From the NCBI GenBank assembly GCA_964106915.2, contig OZ066929.1: a stretch of DNA of 64,000 nucleotides; one strand, given 5' to 3'. The stretch's first letter is position 1, and every line of letters begins with the position of its first letter. The position numbers and the translations under genes are program-made. The notes under the pieces were generated by a model, which was given only the letters and a program-made list of their open reading frames with translations, ran no database searches and was not told where the DNA came from. Source of the stretch: Podarcis gaigeae (Eukaryota). This document shows, one piece after another, positions 24,412 to 36,074 of this stretch.

Positions 24412-25676
24412 GAGGATACAGGGCATAGCCCGTAACTGGTTGTGCTCTTTTATCTCTGGTCGGGGACAGAGGGTGGCACTAGGGAGGGAAATGTCGTCGC
24501 GCCACTCCTTGGTGTGTGGAGTGCTGCAGGGCGCAATTCTCTCCCCAATGCTTTTTAACATCTTTATGCGCCCCCTTGCCCAGATTATCCGGAGCTTTGG
24601 GCTGGGCTGTCACCAATATGCTGATGACACTCAGCTCTATCTGCTGATGGATGGCCACACTGACTCGGCCCCGAACACACTGACCAGATGTTTGGAAGCT
24701 GTGGCTGGATGGTTTCGTGGGAGCCGATTGAAACTAAATCCTTCGAAGACAGAGGTCCTATGGCTAGGTTGGGATGGCATGGGGATGAGGGACCAACTCC
24801 CTTCTCTTGCGGGGGCCCAATTAGTGCCATTGCCTTCCGTTAAAAGTTTGGGTGTAATCCTTGACGCCTCCCTTTCCATGGAGGCGCAAGTTACAGCAAC
24901 AGCCAAGGCGACATTTTTCCACCTTCGCCGCATCAAGCAGTTGGTCCCTTACCCTTCCCGCCCCAACCTGGCCACAGTGATCCATGCGACGGTCATCTCC
25001 AGGCTTGACTACTGTAATTCGCTCTATGCGGGGCTACCCTTGAAGCTGTCCCAGAAACTCCAGCGGGTACAGAATGCTGCAGCGAGGCTCCTCACAGGGT
25101 CTCTGCCATGGGAGCATATTCACCCAGTGCTTTTCAAGCTGCACTGGCTCCCGGTGGAGTACAGGGTCAGATTTAAGTTGCTGATTTTGACCTTTAAAAC
25201 CCTTCACAGCCTAGGACCCTCGTACCTACGGGACCGCCTCTCCTGGTATGCCCCACGGAGAGCCTCAAGGTCCATAAATAACAACACCCTAGTGGTCCCA
25301 GGCCCTAAGGAAGTTAGATTGGCTTCAACCAGAGCCAGGGCCTTTTCAACTCTGGCTCCGGCCTGGTGGAACGCTCTGCCTCATGAGACCAGGGCCCTGC
25401 AGGATCTGATTTCTTTCCGCAGGGCCTGTAAGACAGAGTTGTTCCGCCTGGCCTTTGGCTTGGAGCCAATTTGATTCCCCCCCTCTCTTTTTTTTCCCCC
25501 TTTCTTTTCCTTCTCCTCCTGTGATGAGGCTACATTTTAATATTTTAATGTTCCATTATTTTAATGTTGTATTTTATTTTTGTTTTTAAGTTGTAATCAT
25601 TCATCTTGTTTTTATTATTGCTTGTAAGCCGCTCTGAGCCTGGCCTTGGCTGGGGAGGGCGGGGTATAAATAAAAA

Positions 25677-25719
<43 letters not shown>
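24412..25719 (+). mobile_element. 5'-truncated L2-clade LINE: RT C-terminal half, 3' UTR and (TTA)n tail
   Basis: Uninterrupted ORF to 25474 with QGAILSPMLF, YADDTQLY, LKLNPSKTE, SRLDYCNSL and LHWLPV; (TTA)n tail 25678-25718. Confidence 0.93.
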
Positions 25720-25721
<2 letters not shown>

Positions 25722-26105
25722 CGTTAGTTTTGTGTGGTTGCAACAGAAGCAAATGCAATTCTGGAGTGCACTAGTGAAAGTTCCTTTAGCAAAGAAGCTA
25801 TTGACCACCTGGTACAAGACACTGAATGAAAACATGTTTATTCTAGTGCCTCAACTCTAGTTCACAGGAATCAGAAAGGGTTTTCATCCCCCCCCCCCCC
25901 ACACACATTACACTTTGGCTTTCTTAAATGTTACAAAGAGCACAGTCCCTTATACAGAGTTGTCTATTTCTGTGATGTCTTTTTTCTGATGTCTTTGTTA
26001 TGTTTTCTTTACATTAGAACAGCATTTGGGTTGATGCTTTGGAGGGGGAATAAGAAGTACTGTAATTGGAGCAATTCCTTGCATAATCAGAGTAATGCAT
26101 CTTAC

Positions 26106-26211
26106 CTTCCACAACATCCCGCTTGTAATCACTATCATTGTCACTATCTGTTGGCCGGTAATAAATATAAAATCCTTGGATGGGTGTGTTGTTGTTGCTT
26201 GAAGTGATATA
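26106..26211 (-). CDS. CDON: CDON exon 14 (FNIII-3, Hedgehog-binding domain)
   Basis: Hand translation [35 protein letters not shown]; tag| and |gtaaga; 106 nt. Confidence 0.97.
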
Positions 26212-26519
26212 CTAGAAAAGAAATATTAAAACAACTGAAATTCCAGAACTACAGTCAACAAGGGATATATTTTCCTGGGGCAGGGGCTGAAAGACAATGT
26301 TAATGTAATGCGGGAAGAGACAACGGAACAAAAGTGGGCTTTAAAACAGTGAGAAGTATTTTGTGAATACAGTTCTAGAATTTTAGCTAAAGCTATACTC
26401 TCATTATTGTTTAAAGGTTTCCATTCTGGGTTCAGACCAAATTAGCTTTGGTCATCTTGAGGGATGACCTTTATCAGGAGAAGGGCAGGAGTAATGTGAC
26501 CCTGTTGCATTTACACGTG

Positions 26520-27240
26520 GATGAGGATCAATGAACTAAAGCTGAGGCCCTATGGGTAAGTGGTTCCTGGTTCTGGGAAACAGAAGAGTTGCATGTTCGG
26601 GATGGGGCTGCTTTTGCCTGAAGGAATAGGTATCTAGTCCGGGGCATACCTTGATCTATCTCTGTCACTGGTGACTCAAGTAGGCTCCATGGCTATGAAT
26701 GCCTTTTTATAGCTCTGGCTGGTATGTCAACTATGACTGTTCTTAGAAAGGCACAGCCTAAGCCAGTGACCCATGCCTTGGAAATTCTGAGATTGCAGTA
26801 ATATAATGTATTCAATGTGGGGCTGCTCTGAAGACTGTTTCGAAAGTTGCAGCTGGTGTACAATGTGGTAACTTGGTTGCTCAGTGGAGCACCATGCTGT
26901 GGGCATGGAACATCCCACTTGAAGAAACTGCGCTGGCTTTCAATTTGCTATTAAACAAAGTTTAAGGGTCTACTGCAATTTATAAAACCTTAAACAACTT
27001 GGAACTGGGTTACACAAAGGAATGCTTCCTCCCACATAGACCTGTCCATGCAATGAGATCAGAAGATGAGCCCTCTTAATGCACCTTCCAGCCTCCAGAC
27101 CACCAGGAAAAGAGCTGTTGTGACGGTAGCACCTACTATGTGGAACAGCCTCCCTACAGAGTTACAGTAGGCACTATCTATATTATGTTTTGATGCAAGT
27201 TTTTAAGAGTACATGTTCACCAAGGCATTTTCCTGAGTGC
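26520..27240 (+). mobile_element. Old degenerate L2-like LINE fragment
   Basis: Decayed similarity to the young L2 at 24.7-25.5 kb (e.g. gaagttgcagctggtgtacaatg, ctgcgctggctttc, tggaacagcctccct); many stops. Confidence 0.65.
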
Positions 27241-27444
27241 AATACTGGTTGCTAATACTGACTGCACATACTCAGCATTTATACTGTGCATTTCAAGTGC
27301 TCACTGCTTTTCATATACAGCTTTTGGTTCCCAAAAGGTCAGTTTAGTATAATCCACTGATTTGTTGCTTTACAGAACATTTGATCTAACGCGAGATGCA
27401 AGCAAAATCAATTTTTTTCATGGTGCACATAAATTGATACTTAC

Positions 27445-27626
27445 AGTCCACTTTAACATGATCTGAGTGTCGCTGACCGCCTCAGTGTAAGCAATGTGTG
27501 GTCCTGTGACGGGTCGGTTGGAAAACCGATTGGTAAAGCCAGCTACCTGATAAGGCCGAGAGGCAGAACTTCGTGGGCTCTCCCCGTAGTTATTAATAGC
27601 AATCACACGAAACTTATATGCAGCTC
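27445..27626 (-). CDS. CDON: CDON exon 13 (end of FNIII-2, start of FNIII-3)
   Basis: [20 protein letters not shown]...[20 protein letters not shown]; acceptor aag|, donor |gtaagt; 182 nt. Confidence 0.96.
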
Positions 27627-28128
27627 CTTTCATATGGCAAAAAAAGAGAGAACTGAACATTAGATGAAAAGATAAAACCCAGCATTCTAGAAACATAGAA
27701 CAGAAAGATCCAAATGACCCTTGTTGTAAGGTTATCTTATACTATTTTTCTCACTCACTATGCTGGACATCCCTTCCTGATAGAAAGATCCAATCTAGCC
27801 AAATACTGGATGAGGTGTTATTTTCCACCAGAAAAGATATGGCAACATGTGAGCACATGCCAGCTCTCTATACCAAGTTAGGAAAGTAAAAGCTGGTCAG
27901 TGACTTATTCTCATGCTTATTATGAAAATGCTGTTCAGATGCTTGACTAAAAATGTTTGTGATAGTTAAGACACAAGGACTGCTAATTCCCCTGAATCTT
28001 ATATAGCATTGGTGACATTAAAAGCAACATCTTATAGTTTAACAGGATTTTTACTTGGCTACAGCGCCAATGCAGAAACGCATAATACTAATTGTGATCT
28101 CTCTTGAACAAAAAATGCATATTAATAC

Positions 28129-28335
28129 CTGGATCCAAACTGCCAACTTCCACTGAAAGTTTGGAAGGGGAGATGTTATCAGCTGCAACCAGCCACTCAC
28201 TGTTCCTGTTCATGCGTTTATATTCTACTTTAAAGGCAGTGATGGGTGATCCACCATTGGCACGTGGGATCCAAGTGACATAAACAGAAGTCTCTGATGC
28301 CGTGGAAATAGTAGGTCGATCTGGTGCCTCAGGTA
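28129..28335 (-). CDS. CDON: CDON exon 12 (FNIII-2)
   Basis: [40 protein letters not shown]...LDP; cag| and |gtatta; 207 nt. Confidence 0.97.
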
Positions 28336-29329
28336 CTGAAATAGGAAATTGAGATGGCTTCATAAAGATTTAGAATAGTTAGAAGCACTTGATTTCTATA
28401 CCCACATTTTATTTAATAATGTGTTTCAGTCAAGTGAGAAAGAACATACTCAAATGTGCATTAGTCTTAAGCCCAGAAAATCCTTTCTGAAATGCAAACA
28501 TGGAAGATCATTTCAGTTTTCAAATATGGAGATAATTAAAGCTTCTTGGGGGGGGGGAGCTAATTTGGCAATGTAGTCTATTGTATTCAGTCTACGTTAT
28601 GCCAGAACACTGTATTATGTCAGCGCACACCAGTCCTGAAGTATTAGCACATCATCAGAAACCAAGAGAATTGCATAGCTTAATTCACAACCACAGAAAT
28701 AGACAGGGTGATCTGCTGTGTCACTACTACTTGGTACCGAACTGAAATGAACGTATTGCACAGAAACCTCACCATTTGCAGAACAGAAAGCCTACAATCT
28801 AAACTGAAATTCCTAGATACAGTAACTATAAGAATAAAGCCTTCATAAGTATCAAGAAGCTTTAAGACCTCTTAGAAACAAGTTAGCTAGCGTTCAAAAC
28901 CATGCATATTATATTAATACTTACTGAACTCACTTGAAGTTAGACAGCAGTGGGAACAGAAAGAATGGAGAGAGGTGGTGTTAGTAAGTGTGATTATAAC
29001 CATTCTGGCAGACATATCCTTCAGTCTTTACTTTATTGGTTCATACACTTAAACTACATAGAGTACAGCATAGAGAAATGGGATATAATTTGGAAGAGGA
29101 AGATACATAGTTTAACCATGAGAAGGTTATATATTCTTAAGGCTATTTTCCAGCTTGTCATCTTCTACCACATAGGACAGACAACACACGCAAGCGCCGA
29201 CACTTGACTATGTTGTTTCACATCAATTTAACTATGAAACGTTAAATTATTCTGTAAAATTTAGCAACGACAAAAGTGATGGAACATACATTGGACTCAT
29301 TTTTTAGTAAATGAGTAGGACATCTCTCA

Positions 29330-29406
29330 CTAATTATAAATTCCATTAATCCTACCATCTCAACATGCTAATTATAAATTCCATTAATCCTACCATCTCA
29401 ACATGC
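29330..29406. repeat. Perfect 38-bp tandem duplication
   Basis: ctaattataaattccattaatcctaccatctcaacatg x2. Confidence 0.95.
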
Positions 29407-30297
29407 AACCCAAAGACCATCACAAATAATACATTTTGATTATACACTGGAACCCTCTTCATTACACAACAAATCATATAGGAAATCAGGAGGGTAAATA
29501 TATCATGTAATGAGTGAGGAGTCCTACTTTCTGGAAGGTTTGGATTAATCAAGGATTAGGCTCCCCACACTTCAGCTGATGCAGAGTTCATTCTTGGACA
29601 AACTCTGATGAATCGGGGGGACCACTGTCTATCATCTGATGACATAATGTGTATACTCTGTCAAAGTTGGTCCACAAGGTGGGGGTCGACTAATTGGCAG
29701 ATTAAATACTGCTTTCCAGCTGCAGTTTCTATCTGCCTGGCACCTCACATCACATATGATGTCAGGTTTGAGGCAAGTGGATGTGGTTTGGTGAAGCTCC
29801 ACAGACCAGAGGTTCTCTACCCCAATCTAGCTTACTGCAATCTACTCTGACTGGAAGCACTCTCCCAAAAGCAGTACCCAGCACTGCTACCTAAGAGCTT
29901 TAACTGGATGTAGAAGCTGCCTTATACCACATCAGACTATCAAACATCTACTATCAGTACTGCCCACATTGAGCAGTGACAATTTTCTAGGTTCTCAGTC
30001 TTTCATAATCTGCTACCAGATTTTTGTTTTAACTGAAGATGCCAGGGATTGAATTTGGATCCTCTTCATGCAAAGCATGCATTCTGCAATGAGCTACGGG
30101 GCCTTTGCAATTCCTCAAACAGTTTAGTGCTCAGTCAGAAAAGTCACAAATTGAACACTTATACACATAAATGACCTGAAAATTAGATGAACAGCCAGAG
30201 AACATTCAGGAGGGTTTCCACCCACACCCACACCCCAAGCCATATTGTATGCTGCAGTATAAAATGCACAGACAAAAATCTGAATGGTAACACCTAC

Positions 30298-30429
30298 CTC
30301 CACTATGTCGAGATGAATCTGGAAGGACCACTCCAAAATTGTTGGTTGCCCCTTCTTGAATGACAGAGTGCTTAGGAATACCAACTGGTTGAGAGGGAGT
30401 CTGTGTATTTTTGGAGGAGGAGGTTCTTT
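30298..30429 (-). CDS. CDON: CDON exon 11 (inter-FNIII linker)
   Basis: Hand translation [44 protein letters not shown]; tag| and |gtaggt; 132 nt. Confidence 0.95.
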
Positions 30430-31219
30430 CTAAAAGAGAATTATGTGCTCAGTGAGTGGAAGAAACCTTCCTAGTCAGTCAATATCCTCTCCTATGGCAT
30501 GTTTTGAACCAAGTAGTAAAGGTTTATAATCACACACATCCTACACAATTTTTATGCCATTTGAGAACAGCTTTCTGCCCCATGGAGATAGGCAGCAATA
30601 CTATTGAACCTAAATGATATTTACACTACAGAAATCCCACTAAAACTGAATATGCCATGCTACTGATGGTACATCAGTTTAGCCTTTGCTATAGGACAGC
30701 CCAAATCTGCAAGTCTGTTTCAATAGAACTTTGGGAAGTTCCCAAGGAAAGCGTATTCTCATTGTGAAGAGATCCTAAAGTGCCCTTTATGTATGAAAGA
30801 GCACTAATGTATGCAATAATGCAAGAAAGGTGATTTTGCCAAGCTGCCTTCATTCTGCAGCCAGCCAGCCAACTTTCAATACAGTTCCCAAGGGACCCCC
30901 ACTCTACCGGAGTAAATCTTCCTAGGTGCTAAAGAGGAGAGGAGAAATTTGCAAAAATCACCTTCCTCCCCTTTTATCAGCAAGTGCTGACATTGTTCTG
31001 TGAATGAAAGATCACTCACAGAATCTCAGGGTTCTACTCAGACTGCAGATCTATGTTCAGTTCCTGAATCCTGGTTCAGAGCAAGTACTGGACATGGAGT
31101 TCCAATGAGACTGCAGCCACTATCTTTGTTTTTTTTATGGGTATTATACGTCTCCGCAAATGGGAACTTTAGAAAAAAGCCCATCAACTGCAATGTATTT
31201 TGAGCACACGCTTACTTAC

Positions 31220-31391
31220 CTTTGCTAGTACGGAAAGTAAGCATGGAAGGCTGGCCTTCACCGGCCACATTTCTGGCTACCATCAAGACTTCATAGAGAC
31301 TGGAAGGTTCCAGTTCTGAGAGAGAAAGTTCATTTTCGCTTCCAGGGACACGAACTGTATTCCAGTTGGTAACATTGAGATTATCATCCAA
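31220..31391 (-). CDS. CDON: CDON exon 10 (end of FNIII-1)
   Basis: [22 protein letters not shown]...[22 protein letters not shown]...RTSK; cag| and |gtaagt; 172 nt. Confidence 0.96.
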
Positions 31392-31781
31392 CTGCAAAAA
31401 GGAATCACAAGAGGCTAAGAGCAAATAAACCCCTATCTAAATCTGCTGCAGTTAAATACAGGAAAGGCAAGTCTAAATATAATACCTTAGTTATTTCACT
31501 ATAAGAAAGTGAAAACAAGTAACTGATGTGAAAGAGTTTTCTTAATGACTTTTCCTGCAAAGCTTAGAGCAAGCTTTAGGAGCAGAGACTTGAATGCACT
31601 GGGACAGGGAGTATCTCTCTTTGGCCTAATATTATCATCAAATACCAGAGTTCTGTACTGTGTGTGTGTGTGTTTAACATAAGCCCTGTTCATTACTAAA
31701 AATGATGGCAGTCCAACTCATCCAATTTTCAAAAAAAGGAAGTGCAAAGTTTATCAAATATAATGCAATTTGAATAAGTAC

Positions 31782-32074
31782 CTTGCGATATTTCACAAAA
31801 TAGGCATTAATTGGCTGACCACCATCTTTTCCAGGGCGCCATACCAGATTGTACTGATCTGGTTTAAGAGTCTGTGGAGGACTGAGAATGATTGGAGCTT
31901 CTGGTGGAGAAATGCCACTGGATGTTTTTTCTGTAGCAACTTCTTCAGTAAGAATCTCTGTTGGAGATGAACTTTGAAGGCCCGTATCTGAATCATAATC
32001 TCCATCTCCTTCATCACTCTGGGCAATTTCCACAGGAGCAATTTCTTCTGCTTTTGTACTAGCTTCGTAGGAAT
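31782..32074 (-). CDS. CDON: CDON exon 9 (linker and start of FNIII-1)
   Basis: DSYEASTKAE...PPEAPIILSPPQT...YNLVWRPGKDGGQPINAYFVKYRK; tag| and |gtactt; 293 nt. Confidence 0.95.
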
Positions 32075-32315
32075 CTACAGAAGGAAGTTGAAGGTTAGAG
32101 ATATGCAGTGCTAGAAAAAGAGGCACCAGAACTCTCCATGAATGCTTCCCTTAATCTCTTATAAGGGCAATGGTGTCTACCTGAGAGATGCCGAAACTGA
32201 GTTCTGGCAAGTTCCAGCTGAAAAAAAGCCCTGGAGATATGCATGGATTCCAATGTTGTTGGTTTGCAAATATCATCAGCTCCAGCCAATAGCCAATGGC
32301 TAGGTATGATGGAAG

Positions 32316-32799
32316 TTGCATTGGGTCACCCCAAATTCACCATCAGATCACATAGCACGTCCATGGCTACAGCCTGCCCCCCCAAAATCTCGCACCCACT
32401 GTTGCCTGGGGCTGCAATGGTGCAAAAATGTGGTTAAAAAGCATGGATCCACATGGATCCTCAGGATCTTTGCATTGGGTCACCCCAAATTCACCATCAG
32501 ATCACATAGCATGTCCATGGCTACAGCCTGCCCCCCCCCAAAAAAAATCACGCACCCACTGTTGCCTGGGGCTGCAATGATATAAAAATGTGATTAAAAA
32601 GCATGGATCCACATGGATCCTCAGGATCTTTGCATTGGGCTACCCTAAATTCACCATCAGATCACATGTCTGTGGCCACAGCATGAAGCACAAAAATGAT
32701 ACATCCACTGTTTCATTCAGAATTTTTTTCCTTGTTTTCCTCCTCTAAAAACGATGTGCGTGTTATGGTCAGGTGCATGTTATAGAGCGAAAAATACGA
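32316..32799. mobile_element. MITE remnant with internal ~154-160 bp tandem repeat
   Basis: Units start at 32316, 32470 and 32630 (ttgcattggg.caccc.aaattcaccatcagatcacat); right end gcgaaaaatacga resembles the TIR of the 10860-11299 element. Confidence 0.75.
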
Positions 32800-32943
32800 T
32801 ATGTTTGGGCAGCAACAGGCAGGTGCTCCTGACCATCCATTAGACGTATGATTTATCCAAATCCAATAAAAAAAAGTTATCCTGACAGTATATCAGCCAA
32901 AATATCTGCACACTATGGGAGCAGCAACTTGGATGACACTTAC

Positions 32944-33300
32944 CAACGGTAAGGAAAGCTTCGGAACGAGCAGTCCCATATTCGTTAATTGCTTCACAGG
33001 TATATTTCCCAGCATGCTCTGATGTAACAGGCTGAACATATAAGGAGCTTGATCCACTGCGAGACATGATGAAGTAGGTTCTGTCTGAAATGGAGTTGCC
33101 AGTTCTTGCTTGGGAGGATGACTTCCGTGATTTTGAATAAAGCACCTGTGAAGGATGGCTGGTAATCAGCCCATGACTGTTGTACCAACGGATTACAGGC
33201 GGAGGCAACCCAGTGGCATTGCAGGACAGCGTGACTGTGTCACCTTCTGCTACTCTGCTGTTTGCTGGCAGCGAGGTTATAGTTGGCTTGAAGCCTCTGT
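32944..33300 (-). CDS. CDON: CDON exon 8 (Ig5)
   Basis: [12 protein letters not shown]...[14 protein letters not shown]...[14 protein letters not shown]; tag| and |gtaagt; 357 nt. Confidence 0.96.
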
Positions 33301-33962
33301 CTATTAAAAATATAAATATAAGATACAAACTCATATTATAATAAAATACAGTACTGTTCTTGCATATCCCGAAGCCAGCACAGTCATAAAGGGGGCCAGG
33401 GGGTAATATATGGACATCTATGCACATAAAAGCTAAGTAGACTGCATTGGGCCACAAACACATCAGAACCCGCTCATGCAAGTACTGTGATTGTTAACTA
33501 CTCTAGTAAAAGAATATTTAATATTCTGAAGAGAAAGAAACTGAAAGCTTTCAAATATGCTCCCTAAACTGACACATCAGCAAGATGTATTATCAGAATT
33601 CCATTATTTGAGATTCTGCATATATAAGTTTACAGCTGGAATTTAGTTTCAATTGGCAACATCATCAAAACCATAAGTAACACTCTCAACACCATCAAAA
33701 CTAAGAGGCTAATAAATTTAATCTGTCACAATCTCATAGCTCACACACTAGGTGGCCTATCAAAAATTGGCTAGTATTTGGTCAGTGGACTACAGTCTAC
33801 TTTGCAACACAAGAAATGAGGTCTACCATTTTAAAGCGTAACTTGTTGATCAGAACAATTTAGGAGAATAATCCCAGGAAGCAACAGGCTATTTTCATGT
33901 TAGACTGAAAGATGTCAAAAAGAAAAGCAGAAAGGTGTTTGATGTGATTCATTTTTTTTTAC

Positions 33963-34232
33963 CTCCTTGGGAATGAAGTCTCCCAGCAGACTGCACAAAT
34001 CCAATGCCATTGTTGACTAAACACTGATACAACCCTGAATCTTCTCTGGTGAAACCATTAATTCTCAGCTTGTTTCCTGAAGGTAAGTGCCGTGAAGAAA
34101 GATGGACAGGAGCTGCATTATGGTACCAGGTGAGGTTAGGTGTCGGGTTTCCATGTATTTCACAGGAAAGATGTATATTTTTACCCAGGGACACTAACTG
34201 ATCTTGCAATCCTTTTGAAATTGATGGTGATT
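33963..34232 (-). CDS. CDON: CDON exon 7 (Ig4)
   Basis: ESPSISKGLQDQ...CEIHGNPTPNLTWYHN...DSGLYQC; cag| and |gtaaaa; 270 nt. Confidence 0.96.
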
Positions 34233-34368
34233 CTGGAATGGAAAAGAAAATGCACATATGATATGCTGCTTTCATTCTGTTAATTTCACAATAGCATGTC
34301 TCATGGACCATAAATTTATTGCTTCAAAAAAACTCGCCAATCAAGCATTTTGCCACTGCATATCTTAC

Positions 34369-34656
34369 CAAGTACATTCACACTGTAGTTTACATGTTTC
34401 ACAACTCCGGACTTGTTATCCACCACACAGGAGTAATTTCCAGCATCTGACGTATTAATCGAGTCTATCATAAGATGAGAGTGAAGCATTCTCCACCTGC
34501 CTTTAGTGAGTACATCTTTGTCATCCTTATACCAACGGACATAAGAAACAGACAGGCCACTAACAACACATTCCAACATCAAAGGATTGTGCTGAGGTAC
34601 TGTCAAAGTCTGAGAAGTGGTGGGATGAACAATGTGAAAGTTGTCTGAGGAAGAGC
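34369..34656 (-). CDS. CDON: CDON exon 6 (Ig3)
   Basis: SSSDNFHIVHPTTSQTLTVPQHNPLMLECVVSG...DAGNYSCVVDNKSG...VNVL; tag| and |gtaaga; 288 nt. Confidence 0.96.
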
Positions 34657-35445
34657 CTAGAAATTGAGAGGAAAGGATACATGAGTTCTTTTCAATTGGG
34701 TGTTCAAGACTCTCTGGCTTCCTACATTCTCATCAAGGCATTATGTTTCTATACCATTTTATAAACATGCCAACATAACCACCCACTGTTGACCCTAGGC
34801 TGAGTGAAGATGTAACATTTGATTGATTGTAGTTTGTTGCCTTCAGCCTGCTTAAATTTCCAAATGTTTGCCATGCATAGCCAAGCTAAACCTTAAGTAG
34901 TACACATTAGTAAGATCTGCTTAACACTTTTCCTTCTTTGTTCATTTCTCTGCTTGCAAACTGCTTTAACCGTAAGAATCTACCTTACACGAAGCCAGAC
35001 TATTGGTTTATCTAGCTCAGTATTGCTTATCATGTCTGGCAGCAGCTCTCCAGGGTTTCAAGGTGTGAGCATTTCTTGGTCCTACCTAGAGAGGCCAACT
35101 TTTTCATGCAAAGCATATGCTCTGCCAGTGAGTTGTGGCCCTTTGTAATGGTCTGCTTGATGCAGATGCAACTCTTTAAAAAGGTTAATACTAACTACAA
35201 TTTACAAACACACTCCAAATTATGTTTTCACATCCATAATAATTTAGGTATTTAGATTCAATGCTTAACCATGGTTAAGAAAAACTGGTTATGCATTGTA
35301 CCAGATACTTTGACAGGGCTTCCTCTAAACTGAACTTTTCAAAGTGCAAGGTATGAGATTCAGGGAACTTACAGTGGTAGTCCTTGGTGGTTTATGTCCT
35401 ATGATTTCATGGAACAATTTTAGTCCTATCACATTCAATACTCAC

Positions 35446-35589
35446 TGCTGATTATGAGCTTATGTCCATTGGGTTCATGTTTAAGATCATCAGTGACTGG
35501 GTTATATGCTGCACACTTATAGAATCCTTTGTCATCTGAAGATACATTCAAAATTTGCAGATTTCCAGATGGGAGAATTAGGTAGTTTT
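35446..35589 (-). CDS. CDON: CDON exon 5 (Ig2, C-half)
   Basis: Hand translation [48 protein letters not shown]; tag| and |gtgagt; 144 nt; not in ORF track. Confidence 0.96.
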
Positions 35590-35802
35590 CTAGGATAAAA
35601 TTGGGTTATTATTAATTAAGTTGCTATGGACTGATTTTCTACTCAAGTGTGCAGATTAATCAGTGTTTACTGAAACAGAAAGATAATGTAATGACCAAAG
35701 CTCAAATTACTGTAGCAATTTCTAATGGTCAGGAAACAGACAGAAAGTGAAATCCCTCTATATGCGTAGATAGATATTTTATATATATATATATATATAT
35801 AT

Positions 35803-36026
35803 GCTTTCGTAGATTTTCACGGGTACAGGAATGCAGGTTTTGGTGTCCTCGGGTGTCTTCCCGTGTAAAAGTTGGGGTGTCTAGGCGACGTTTCGACGAG
35901 GTCTCACTCGTCATCTTCAGGCTGAAGCCGAAAGCACCAGCCTGAAGATGACGAGTGAGACCTCGTCGAAACGTCGCCTAGACACCCCAACTTTTACACG
36001 GGAAGACACCCGAGGACACCAAAACC

Positions 36027-36031
<5 letters not shown>
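35803..36031. mobile_element. Palindromic Penelope-like (PLE) pseudo-LTR fragment inserted in (TA)n
   Basis: Perfect inverted arms 35831-35924 / 35938-36031 (94 bp, 13-nt spacer); PLE-type CTGAAGA...GAAACGTC motif; (TA)n tracts at 35780-35802 and 36031-36071. Confidence 0.8.
35942..35975 (+). ncRNA. Minimal hammerhead ribozyme core (mirror copy on minus strand at 35920-35887)
   Basis: CUGAAGA-U-[GACGAG-ugagac-CUCGUC]-GAAA-C-GUC: conserved boxes, 6-bp stem II, loopless palindromic stem III (ACGU) and GUC cleavage triplet; stem I pairing is weak. Confidence 0.65.

Positions 36032-36074
<43 letters not shown>

Noticed and set aside
25545-25860. Poly-Asn / poly-Leu ORFs
   Set aside because: Translation of the L2 (TTA)n tail.
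32316-32700. CRISPR-like periodicity
   Set aside because: Vertebrate DNA; whole units are duplicated, with no unique spacers and no cas genes.
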